A stretch of 31,057 bases of DNA from a virus (IMGVR_UViG_3300012943_000051:1-31057), one strand, 5' to 3'; shown: positions 17,412 through 25,565, numbered from the stretch's first letter. A program made the numbers and translations. The notes: generated from the sequence alone by a model not told the origin.

Positions 17412-17807
17412 ATGACGATCCGGCATCCGTACGAGAAGACGATCAGCCCGTTCAAGCAGGAGCTGGTCGAGGCAGTGCGCAAGTACGCCATCGAGCACTA
17501 CAACGAGGGCGGCTGGGACTTCCTGGTCGAGGCGTGGTCCGACGAGCAGGTGGCCGACACCATCGGCCTGGCCCGCTCTGTCGAGAAGGCCATCGCCAAG
17601 TGTGCCGAGTCGGTCGGCGCAGTCGGTGCCTACCGGGACGACGTGATCGCAGCCGGCGGCGGTGCGGATGAGTACGCCGATGACGCCACCGCCGCGGTGA
17701 TCATCGCCGCCGCCGAGAACGATCCGGCGATGGTCGAGCTGGAGAGCGGCGAAACCGTGAACGAGCTGCTGGCGCGGCTCACCGCTGAGACGAAGGAGAG
17801 CAAGTAA
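17412..17807 (+). CDS. hypothetical protein
   Basis: GAGAGGGAG RBS; AIEHYNEGGWDFLVEAWSD. Confidence 0.8.
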   Translation: MTIRHPYEKTISPFKQELVEAVRKYAIEHYNEGGWDFLVEAWSDEQVADTIGLARSVEKAIAKCAESVGAVGAYRDDVIAAGGGADEYADDATAAVIIAAAENDPAMVELESGETVNELLARLTAETKESK

Positions 17808-18040
17808 TGACCGGCAATCTGCCGAGGGTGGGCGACCGCTGGGACAGCACCGATACGGAGCGGGTGTGGGACCCGAAGTTGCACCACCACTACAGCCGGG
17901 TGGTCTGCGAGTGGACCGGCGTGATTGTCAAGATCACCTCGTACATGGACAACTCGGTCGAGGCCCACATTCGCCGGGACGACACCGGGGAGCTGGTCAC
18001 CCGATTCCTCGAAACCCCGCACGGCGACGTGTGCTTCTGA
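17807..18040 (+). CDS. hypothetical protein
   Basis: TAATG overlap; AGGAG RBS. Confidence 0.7.
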   Translation: MTGNLPRVGDRWDSTDTERVWDPKLHHHYSRVVCEWTGVIVKITSYMDNSVEAHIRRDDTGELVTRFLETPHGDVCF

Positions 18041-18136
18041 TGGCGAAACCCTTGTGCCGCATTGCCGGCGAGGGGTCCGTTGGACTTGCCCAGTCCGGCG
18101 CTGATGAGCCAGGGCACTCCAGAGAGGGAGCGAGCA

Positions 18137-18550
18137 ATGACGGACGAGGACCTGACTCCGGCCCAGGCCGAGCAGCAGGCGGCGCACTTGAAGTGCATGA
18201 CGGAGGCCGAGGAGCGTTATCGGAAGTCGGTGCGGCCGAAGAACATCGCCATCGGGATCGGGCTGGCCGTCGCGCTGGGGCTCGGTGTCCTCGGTCTCAC
18301 CCAGCTCGGCAGCGACGATCCGGTGACCGAGTTCGGCTACGGCACCTACACCGTCGGCGAGGATGTGGTGGCCGGGGCCTATCGGCCGACCCCGCCCGCG
18401 TTGGGCGATCCCGAGGTCTGCCGGTGGTCGATCACTCGCAATGACGTGGTGGTCCGTGGTGGCAAGGGGCTGCCCGCTCGCATCGAGCTGCAGGACGGCG
18501 ACGTCTTCGAGGCCGCCCCGACCTGCGGGGACTGGAAGCTGGTCAAGTGA
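18137..18550 (+). CDS. single-pass membrane protein
   Basis: GAGAGGGAG RBS; TM segment IAIGIGLAVALGLGVLGL; GTYTVGEDV.AG.Y...C.W domain. Confidence 0.75.
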   Translation: MTDEDLTPAQAEQQAAHLKCMTEAEERYRKSVRPKNIAIGIGLAVALGLGVLGLTQLGSDDPVTEFGYGTYTVGEDVVAGAYRPTPPALGDPEVCRWSITRNDVVVRGGKGLPARIELQDGDVFEAAPTCGDWKLVK

Positions 18551-18561
18551 TGCAGATTTGA

Positions 18562-18636
18562 GTGTGACGTAAGTCACACTCAATTTCACCTGCTAACTGT
18601 CCACTATGTCCGTTTCTGTACTACAATGGTACTACG
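18562..18636 (+). promoter_or_regulatory. promoter 2: CRP-type box plus TACAAT -10/operator
   Basis: GTGTGACGTAAGTCACAC at 18562-18579; TACAAT at 18622. Confidence 0.8.
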
Positions 18637-18699
18637 AGCGCGGAGATGCAGAGAGGCCCCTCCGCAAGACAGCCCGAGAGGGCAAGAGAGGAACTGAAA

Positions 18700-19230
18700 A
18701 TGCCCCGAGTGTGGAGCGATGAGCTGGCCGACTGGATGGTTCGGCCGGGTGCGACGGGTGGCGTCGCGTGGTGGGCCAACCCCCGCCCGCCGATGATTCA
18801 CGACCCGAAGAGTCGCTGTGCGGCCCGGACGCAGAACGTGGAGACGTTCGAGGTCATCACCCCGGACGAGGTGCGGGCTCGGCTCGCGGCGGACCAGAAG
18901 GCCGAGGCCGCGGACGGCTTCGCCAAGTACCGGTACTGCGCCCAGTGCCTGGTCACCCCGGTCCGGACCGAGCCGGACATGGTGAAGCTGCCCGGTGCGG
19001 CCCAGCCGAATGCCACCCCGGCCAAGACCGAACCGGTCCCGGCCAGCGGCGAGGTCACGGAGCAGCAGCTCAAGGACGCCGTGGCGGCCCGCGCCACCGG
19101 CACCCGGTCCGGCGCCAAGAGCCGGGCGCACACCGGCACCGCGGCTTCCGTGAAGCCCGGCCCGGCCCGTAAGACGCCGGCCCGCGCGCCGCGGACTCGG
19201 ACCCGGAAGGCGGTGGCCAAGCCCGAGTGA
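18700..19230 (+). CDS. hypothetical protein, possible Zn site plus a basic Lys/Arg/Ala/Pro-rich tail
   Basis: GAGGA RBS; H...C...CAQC; C-terminus KPGPARKTPARAPRTRTRKAVAK. Confidence 0.7.
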   Translation: MPRVWSDELADWMVRPGATGGVAWWANPRPPMIHDPKSRCAARTQNVETFEVITPDEVRARLAADQKAEAADGFAKYRYCAQCLVTPVRTEPDMVKLPGAAQPNATPAKTEPVPASGEVTEQQLKDAVAARATGTRSGAKSRAHTGTAASVKPGPARKTPARAPRTRTRKAVAKPE

Positions 19231-19237
19231 TGAATGT

Positions 19238-19259
19238 CCCCGCCCCTTCGGGGGCGGGG
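19238..19259 (+). other. GC hairpin with a cUUCGg tetraloop (terminator or processing signal)
   Basis: CCCCGCCCC-TTCG-GGGGCGGGG just after a stop codon; no U tract. Confidence 0.6.
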
Positions 19260-19297
19260 TCGCATCGCAGTACTCACCAGAACGAGAGGGGAATGCA

Positions 19298-19489
19298 ATG
19301 ACCGAATCCCGCGAATCGGGCCCCGAGCCGATCGCTGCGATTCTCCCGGAGGTGTTGGCCGATCTGGAGGAGAGGCAGCGCCAGCTCCGGGCCGGTGACG
19401 CCCAGCAAGCGGCAGCCGATGCGTTGGATGCGCGGCGACGGTTCCGCGAGCAGCGGGACACCACGGCGTATTGGCTGCGGAATCAGTGA
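19298..19489 (+). CDS. hypothetical protein
   Basis: GAGAGGGG RBS; helical sequence. Confidence 0.6.
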   Translation: MTESRESGPEPIAAILPEVLADLEERQRQLRAGDAQQAAADALDARRRFREQRDTTAYWLRNQ

Positions 19490-19500
19490 GCGAGCGGGCG

Positions 19501-19731
19501 ATGAAGCGGGTGCTGCCGGAGGCGGTGCCCGTCCCCGACCCGGCGAAGCGCCGACGGCGGTGCGCCTGCGGGTGCGGGGGCTGGACCCTGCGGACCTGGA
19601 TGCGGGGGCACGATCAGAAGGCGGTGCACGAGATGTGGGAAGGGCTGGGCTTTCCCGGCGTGGCGGGGATGTTCGCCGCCTATCGGGCCGGTCGGCTCGT
19701 CGTGATTCCGGAGCGGGAGGGAACGAAGTGA
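19501..19731 (+). CDS. CxCGCG...GHD Zn-binding hypothetical protein
   Basis: RCACGCGG...MRGHDQK. Confidence 0.7.
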   Translation: MKRVLPEAVPVPDPAKRRRRCACGCGGWTLRTWMRGHDQKAVHEMWEGLGFPGVAGMFAAYRAGRLVVIPEREGTK

Positions 19732-19922
19732 AGGTCCGCATCGAGTTCACCGTCGAGATCGACCCGGAGAAGTGGGTCGAGGTGTTCATGGCCGAGGAGG
19801 ACCGCGAGCTGGGGCTGACCGGGTTGTCTTACATCCGCCGGGACGTGAAGCAGTGGGTGGAGACCGACGTGATCGAGGGCCTGGGCGACAAGGGTGTCCT
19901 GGTCGTGAAGGAGGGTGACTGA
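19728..19922 (+). CDS. hypothetical protein
   Basis: GGAGG RBS and GTGA overlap; MKVRIEFTVEIDPEKW. Confidence 0.7.
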   Translation: MKVRIEFTVEIDPEKWVEVFMAEEDRELGLTGLSYIRRDVKQWVETDVIEGLGDKGVLVVKEGD

Positions 19923-20293
19923 TGGTCGACACCAGGGCGCGTGACCTGTCGGAGTTGTGCGAGGGTGCGGCCTACTGCCGCGCCTTCGGGCATTCGTGGG
20001 TGGACCTGCATCCGCCCAAGAACCAGGGCCGCAAGGGCCGGAAGGCGGGCTGGGCGTGCAGCCTGATCTGCGATCGGTGCCACACCGAGAAGCACTTCAT
20101 GCTCAGCCATCGCGGCGAGCTGACCGCCCCGCGGTACGTCTACCCGCCGCAGTATCTGGCCAGCTTCTTCATCGGCCCGGACGAGCGGGCAGCGATGCGG
20201 CTGGAGGCTCTCGGATTGCCGGTGGTCGACTCGCCGGCCGTGCCCGCACCGCCGAACCATCTGCGGCCCATCGAGGGCGGGAAGGCGGGCTGA
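19922..20293 (+). CDS. Zn-binding hypothetical protein
   Basis: CRAFGHSW...CDRC...YVYPPQY; TGATG overlap. Confidence 0.75.
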   Translation: MVDTRARDLSELCEGAAYCRAFGHSWVDLHPPKNQGRKGRKAGWACSLICDRCHTEKHFMLSHRGELTAPRYVYPPQYLASFFIGPDERAAMRLEALGLPVVDSPAVPAPPNHLRPIEGGKAG

Positions 20294-20308
20294 GGCGGTC
20301 TTGAGCGG

Positions 20309-20340
20309 AGCCCGGTACGACGCGGTCGTGCCGGGCTTTC
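20309..20340 (+). terminator. probable intrinsic terminator
   Basis: Stem AGCCCGGTACGAC/GTCGTGCCGGGCT with a short T run, after the operon end. Confidence 0.6.
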
Positions 20341-20469
20341 GCGTGCGCGTGGCGCGCGCCCGTCGGGCGTGCTCGTAGTACCAGCGTGGTACCTGAGCGG
20401 GCCGTACGGGCGCAAACGCCGCGGCCGCTATGTAGTACTAGGGTCCGACGGCAGCGGGCCGTACAGCTC

Positions 20470-20544
20470 GTGTGACATAAGTCACACGCGATATTTCCAG
20501 CGGAGCGCGCACGCTCCGTCACTACGTGTTACAATTGTCGTACG
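20470..20544 (+). promoter_or_regulatory. promoter 3: CRP-type box plus extended -10
   Basis: GTGTGACATAAGTCACAC at 20470-20487; TGTTACAAT with TACAAT at 20530. Confidence 0.8.
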
Positions 20545-20615
20545 CACGGAGGCTTGCTTCCGTGCAGCGGCTGGCAATCGCTCGGCTGTGACAACTACAG
20601 AGAGAGGGAATCACC

Positions 20616-20807
20616 ATGAGGGCAACCCCCGAAGGTGACCGGCTGCGCGCCGAGTTTGACGCGCTGGATGCGGAGATCGGCGCGATGTCGACCGGCCCGG
20701 AGCGCGATGCAGCGATGCAGCGGGCGGGCGAGTTGGCTGAGGCGATCGTGCAGGCCGACAAGCTGGAAATCGACCCGCGGGTCTACAGCCGGAACTGGTA
20801 CGTGTGA
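20616..20807 (+). CDS. hypothetical protein
   Basis: GAGAGGGA RBS, downstream of promoter 3. Confidence 0.7.
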   Translation: MRATPEGDRLRAEFDALDAEIGAMSTGPERDAAMQRAGELAEAIVQADKLEIDPRVYSRNWYV

Positions 20808-21016
20808 TGGCCGCGGAACTTGGTCCGTTTGAGAACGGGCTGGCGAGAATCGGTCGCACCAAGGCACAGTCGCGGATTCATCTGATGCGGGAGGGCGGCG
20901 GCGTGCTGTGCCGCCCGACCATATCGTTCGAGCGGCTGCATCCGGTCACCGGCACCAATGATCCGACGTGCGCGATGTGCATCGCGATGGCGGCCGGGAA
21001 GCGGATCGGTCGGTGA
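20807..21016 (+). CDS. small H/C Zn-binding hypothetical protein
   Basis: IHL...LC...PTCAMC; overlaps the upstream stop (start 20804 or 20807). Confidence 0.6.
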   Translation: MAAELGPFENGLARIGRTKAQSRIHLMREGGGVLCRPTISFERLHPVTGTNDPTCAMCIAMAAGKRIGR

Positions 21017-21031
21017 GGTGACGGGAACCGC

Positions 21032-21106
21032 GTGTGACATAAGTCACACGCGGTTTTCCGCGTAAGGCGCGAAGTGTAGCACGTTCCGTGTTACAATGGT
21101 AGTACG
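21032..21106 (+). promoter_or_regulatory. promoter 4: CRP-type box plus extended -10
   Basis: GTGTGACATAAGTCACAC at 21032-21049 (palindrome extends 21026-21055); TACAAT at 21092. Confidence 0.8.
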
Positions 21107-21127
21107 CAAGGAGGAGAGAGGGAGAGC

Positions 21128-21457
21128 ATGAGTTACGTCGTTCAGTTCAGCGAGGGCGTGCGGGTCAAGGCCGCCGGCTTCGTGGGCCAGGGCCGGGTGG
21201 CCCGGGTGCCCGGCCAGAAGGACCTGTGGGAGGTGAAGGGCTGGGGCGGCACCTATCGGGTGCGCACCAACCCGCAGTTCGATGGCCCCGAGCAGGAGCT
21301 GCGGTGGTTCGTCTGCACCTGCCCGTACAGCGATCACGCATCGCCCACGCTGGTGGATTGCAGCCACTCGCTGGCCGTGATTGTGATGGCCGAGGCCGCC
21401 CATCGTGGTCGCGTTGCCCGGACCGCGGATTGCCGGATGGCGGTGGTGGTCCCGTGA
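21128..21457 (+). CDS. SWIM-type zinc finger protein
   Basis: CTCP...CSH (CxC-xn-CxH); GAGAGGGAG RBS. Confidence 0.75.
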   Translation: MSYVVQFSEGVRVKAAGFVGQGRVARVPGQKDLWEVKGWGGTYRVRTNPQFDGPEQELRWFVCTCPYSDHASPTLVDCSHSLAVIVMAEAAHRGRVARTADCRMAVVVP

Positions 21458-22308
21458 GCGTCCGCCGGATGATGAAGTACGAGGATGTGCCTCCGGGCCA
21501 GGTCGAGCGGTACCTGATCAGCCCGCTGTGGGCCGTCGAGCAGAAGATGGACGGCACCCGCGGCCTGGCCGTGATCACCAAGGGCGGCGTGATCTGGCCC
21601 TACGGCGAGCGCGGCGAGGGGCGGCTGGCCCACTCTGCGGCCACCCAGTGGCTGCCGAGAATCGATGCCCGGCTGCTGGCGCTGGTGGCCGACCACGAGG
21701 ACGCGGAGATCGTCCTGGACGGCGAGATCATGATCCACACCGGCGAGTACCGGGTCTTCGACGTGCCGTACCTACGGATCGGCGGCCGGGAGTGGGTGGT
21801 GCCTGGTGACGCCCTGTCGCAGCGGCGCATCTACCTGGAGACCATCGGTGCGGCCCTGCACGGGGCGGGGCCGGTGACGGTGACCAGCTTCGCCTCCACC
21901 GAGGACGAGAAGCGGGCGCTGCTGGCGGCGGTCGAGGCGGCCGGTGGCGAGGGCGTGGTGTTCAAACGGCTCACCGGGTCCTACCAGCCGGGTCGGCGGA
22001 CCGGTGACGTGCTCAAGTTCAAGTTCACCTACTCGGTGGACGTGGTGGTCATCGAGCGGAAGACGAGCCCGAACTCGATCACCTTCGGGGTGTACGACGA
22101 GGCCGGCGTACTGAGGACGATCGGATCCTGTTCGATGATCGGAAAGCCGCACGTTGGGCAGGGTGACGTGGTTGAGGTGATGTGCCTCTACTGGACTGGA
22201 ACCTCCCTCTACCAGCCGAGAATGGTCCGTCAGCGGTTCGACAAGATGCCCCGTGATTGCACGACGGCCCAGCTTCGTGCCTACAGCCGAGATGCGGCCA
22301 AGGTGTGA
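21454..22308 (+). CDS. minimal ATP-dependent DNA ligase
   Basis: Motif I EQKMDGTR, III LDGEI, IIIa VFDV, IV EGVVFK, V LKFK; OB-fold end YQPRMVRQRFDK. Confidence 0.9.
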   Translation: MSVRRMMKYEDVPPGQVERYLISPLWAVEQKMDGTRGLAVITKGGVIWPYGERGEGRLAHSAATQWLPRIDARLLALVADHEDAEIVLDGEIMIHTGEYRVFDVPYLRIGGREWVVPGDALSQRRIYLETIGAALHGAGPVTVTSFASTEDEKRALLAAVEAAGGEGVVFKRLTGSYQPGRRTGDVLKFKFTYSVDVVVIERKTSPNSITFGVYDEAGVLRTIGSCSMIGKPHVGQGDVVEVMCLYWTGTSLYQPRMVRQRFDKMPRDCTTAQLRAYSRDAAKV

Positions 22309-22446
22309 CCTGGCAGGAGCACTTCGAGGCCAGTGTTCCTGATCGTCCGGAGAGTGGCTGCTGGATCTGGACCGGTGACTACTCCAAGGGCTACGGAAGT
22401 TGAGCACTCCGTACGACTGATCCCGACCTCAGTCCCAACTTCTCCA

Positions 22447-22496
22447 GAAAAAACTTTCTCGCCCATACCTATAGGTATGGGCGAGAAAGTTTTTTC
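22447..22496. repeat. perfect 50-bp spacer-less palindrome
   Basis: GAAAAAACTTTCTCGCCCATACCTA|TAGGTATGGGCGAGAAAGTTTTTTC, checked base by base. Confidence 0.95.
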
Positions 22497-22638
22497 CTGG
22501 GTGGATGGCAGTGGGTCGTGACCTGCGAAAACTCCGAATCGCCGTGGACGGTTCTCGGGCAGCGGTCTACGCTGACGATCGTTCCGCCGAGATGGCTGTA
22601 GGGCCTTCGGGAAGACCTCCGATCACAAGGAGAGCCCG

Positions 22639-24459
22639 ATGGCTGCACTGCACCCACTCGACCGCTTCGCCCGGCGGCTGACCGACTTCGCGGACCAGAC
22701 GGAGCCCGAGTTCGTCATCCCCTCGGACCTGGCCGCCCTGAGCGACGAGGAGCTGACCCAGCTCCACGAGCAGGCGGTCGCCCACTTCGACTCCCTGTTC
22801 AACGACGGCCAGGGCCTGGACCAGGCCGCCATCGACGCGCTGACCGTGCTGACCGAGGGCATCGAGTCCCTGGTCGCCGAGCTGGACGTGCGCGGGCAGG
22901 CCGCCGCCGACCGGACCGCTGCCGCGCAGGCGCTGGCCGCGCGTGCCCATCCGTCGGACGCGCACTCCGCCGACGGCGAGACCGACGGCGGTGACGGCGA
23001 GGTCGACACGACCGACGGCGAGGGTGACGGCGAGGGCGACGGCACCGACGACGAGGAGGAAACCCCGGCCGAGGAGACCGACGGGGCCACTGCGGTGGTC
23101 ACCGCCGCTGCGCCTCGCCGCGAGATCAGGGTCAACCTGGCCGGGCTGACCCGGCGCGCGCCCGCCCCGCGACCGGCGCACGAGGCCACCACGATGCGCG
23201 ACGTGGTGCTGGCGGCCGGCGACGGCGGAGTCCTGGCAGCGGGCACCGGCATGAACTGGGACGACGTCGGCCGGGCGATCGACCGCAGGCTGACCGGGTT
23301 CAGCCAGAGCCAGTACGAGTCGGCCCAGCGGTCCGGCACCCACCTGCGCCAGCAGTTCTCGGTGGCCACCCTGCGCAAGCCGATCGCGCCCGAGCTGACC
23401 GTGCAGAACAACGACCCCAGCCACGTCGACGAGGTGCTGCAGCGGGCGCGCAACGAGCACCGGCTGCCGGGTGGCTCACTGGTCGCGGCCGGTGGCTGGT
23501 GTGCGCCGTCGGAGACCCTGTACCAGCTCTGCGAGCTCGAATCGCGGGACGGCCTGGTCAGCGTGCCGACCATTGGCGTGGCCCGGTCGGGTATCCAGTT
23601 CACCCTCGGCCCGACCTTCCAGGAGATCTACGACGACACCGGGTTCGCCTACACCGAGCAGGACGCCATCGACGGCGACTGGGACGGCCAGGGTGGCGGC
23701 AGCAAGCCGTGCTACCAGGCCGAGTGCCCGCCGTTCAGCGAGGTCCGGCTGCAGCTCGCCGGGTTGTGCATCAACGCCGGTCTGCTGCAGCAGCGCGGCT
23801 TCCCGGAGCTGATCGCCCGGACGACTCGCGGTGCGTTGGTCGCGCACGATCACAAGATGAGCGCCAACGTCATCAACGCCATCGTGGCGGGTTCGACCGC
23901 GGTGACCATGACCGCCGGCCAGGCGGGTGCGACGGCTCCGCTGCTGGACGCCATCGAGCTGCAGGTCGAGCACTTCCGCTACTCGACCCGGCTGGCCCGC
24001 AGCACCACCCTCGAAGCGATCTTCCCGTACTGGGTGCGCGGCGTGGTGCGGGCGGACCTGAGCCGGCGGACCGGGATCGACCTGATCTCGGTGACCGACG
24101 CGATGATCGACGGCTGGTTCGCCCAGCGCGGCATCGCTGTGCAGTACGTCTACGACTGGCAGCCGATCACCGGGGCGGCGACGGCCTTCAAGGCGTGGCC
24201 GGCGACGGTGAAGTTCCTGCTGTACGCGGCCGGGACGTGGGTGCAGGGCGGCGGCGACCTGATCACGCTGGACACCATCTACGACTCGACCCTGCTCGGG
24301 CAGAACGAGTTCACCGCGTTGTTCACCGAGGAGAGCTGGCTGGTGGCCAAGCTCTGCCACGACAGCCGGGTGATCGAGATCGCGCTCTGCGGTGACGGCT
24401 CGACGGCGGCCGGGGTGGACATCGGCTGCGACGGCGTCGCGGTTGTCGTCGGACCGTAG
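22639..24459 (+). CDS. major capsid protein with a fused N-terminal scaffold (hexamer-type)
   Basis: AAGGAG RBS; helical, acidic N-terminus; LVAAGGWCAPSET.Y.LC, SKPCY, LDTIYDSTLL.QN.FTALFTEE. Confidence 0.88.
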   Translation: MAALHPLDRFARRLTDFADQTEPEFVIPSDLAALSDEELTQLHEQAVAHFDSLFNDGQGLDQAAIDALTVLTEGIESLVAELDVRGQAAADRTAAAQALAARAHPSDAHSADGETDGGDGEVDTTDGEGDGEGDGTDDEEETPAEETDGATAVVTAAAPRREIRVNLAGLTRRAPAPRPAHEATTMRDVVLAAGDGGVLAAGTGMNWDDVGRAIDRRLTGFSQSQYESAQRSGTHLRQQFSVATLRKPIAPELTVQNNDPSHVDEVLQRARNEHRLPGGSLVAAGGWCAPSETLYQLCELESRDGLVSVPTIGVARSGIQFTLGPTFQEIYDDTGFAYTEQDAIDGDWDGQGGGSKPCYQAECPPFSEVRLQLAGLCINAGLLQQRGFPELIARTTRGALVAHDHKMSANVINAIVAGSTAVTMTAGQAGATAPLLDAIELQVEHFRYSTRLARSTTLEAIFPYWVRGVVRADLSRRTGIDLISVTDAMIDGWFAQRGIAVQYVYDWQPITGAATAFKAWPATVKFLLYAAGTWVQGGGDLITLDTIYDSTLLGQNEFTALFTEESWLVAKLCHDSRVIEIALCGDGSTAAGVDIGCDGVAVVVGP

Positions 24460-24552
24460 TGGTGGTCCGTGGGCCGCGCCATGCCCGACGCGGCCCACTC
24501 ACCCACCCTCCCGCCAATCCACCCGCCTCCACCGGTCCTCACAGGAGTAGCC

Positions 24553-25398
24553 ATGCCGACCGTCGCTCCCGCTGCCCTGGTCACCGGCGCCCCGCGGGTG
24601 GCCCTGCCGTACGGGCTGTTCAGCACCTTCACCTTCCGGCCCGGCGGCGACCGGTGGGAGGCGGGCGTCTCCTTCGAGACCTTGACCTGCGACGAGGCGG
24701 GCGGCATCGGGTCGGCCCAGTGCGACCCGATGCCGACCGTCGGCCTGCCGAAGGACTTGGGCCCGAACGTGGGCGGTGTCGGTGAGGCCACTCCGTTCAC
24801 CGTCTACGGCCACTGGAGCTGTCAGCCGGTGGGCTACACCCCGGCCACTGCGCAGGGGCTGGCCACCGATCACTTGTTGGCCCGGGAGGAGGGCCGGGTC
24901 GAGCGGGCGTTCTGGACCGGGGACCTGGGCAACGAGCCGTACCTGGCCGACGAGGACGAGACGACGGTGCTGGCCGGCGGCACGGCGGTGAGCATCGTCT
25001 CGGCGCTGTCCATGCTGGAGGATTACGTCGCGGGCAACTACGGCAGCCAGGGCGTCATCCACATGACCCGCGGGCTGGCGATGGAGGCCGCGGCGATGAA
25101 CCTGCTGCTGGTCGTCGGTGGTCGGCTGACCACGATCCTGGGCACCCCGGTGGCAGCCGGCGGCGGCTATCCGGGCAGTGCGCCGGATGGCACCCCGCCG
25201 GGCAACGGCAAGAGCTGGGCGTACGTCAGCCCGGCCGTCTTCGGCTACCGCAGCGAGGTGTTCAACAGCAGCTCGACGCCGGGCGACCTGTTCGATCGCG
25301 GGCACAACGTGCTGACCGCGATCGCGGAACGCACCTACCTGCTCGGCTACGACCCGTGCGGCGTGGCCGGTGTGCAGGTCGACACGGCGCTGGTGTGA
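24553..25398 (+). CDS. second capsid protein (pentamer-type)
   Basis: AGGAG RBS; LPYGLFS...RWEAGVSF, PFTVYG...C and AIAERTY; immediately after the MCP gene. Confidence 0.65.
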   Translation: MPTVAPAALVTGAPRVALPYGLFSTFTFRPGGDRWEAGVSFETLTCDEAGGIGSAQCDPMPTVGLPKDLGPNVGGVGEATPFTVYGHWSCQPVGYTPATAQGLATDHLLAREEGRVERAFWTGDLGNEPYLADEDETTVLAGGTAVSIVSALSMLEDYVAGNYGSQGVIHMTRGLAMEAAAMNLLLVVGGRLTTILGTPVAAGGGYPGSAPDGTPPGNGKSWAYVSPAVFGYRSEVFNSSSTPGDLFDRGHNVLTAIAERTYLLGYDPCGVAGVQVDTALV

Positions 25399-25565
25399 TC
25401 CACCGTGCCCTCGCAGCTCGCGCTGGACATGAGCCCGGCTTCGACACCGCGTACGCCGGCGGTGGTCAGGGGGCCATCACCGACGGGATGCTTCTGTCCG
25501 CGATCCAGGCGAACTGGGCGCACGTCGAGGCCGTCTATGTCCCGCCCCCGGTGGTGATCCCGTGA
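25395..25565 (+). CDS. small protein with an ITDGMLLSAIQANW motif (possibly a fragment)
   Basis: GTGA overlaps on both sides. Confidence 0.55.
   Translation: MIHRALAARAGHEPGFDTAYAGGGQGAITDGMLLSAIQANWAHVEAVYVPPPVVIP

Noticed and set aside
17297-21049. CRISPR-like or att-site reading of the 18-bp repeats
   Set aside because: The copies are 0.5-1.9 kb apart, separated by genes, and each is at a fixed distance from a -10 box, so they are regulatory.
22971-23050. GACGGCGAG repeats
   Set aside because: They encode the acidic DGE linker of the scaffold region; ordinary coding low complexity.
22593-24475. Similar TGG-N5-GGGCC motifs upstream of both capsid genes
   Set aside because: Too short and GC-rich to distinguish from chance.
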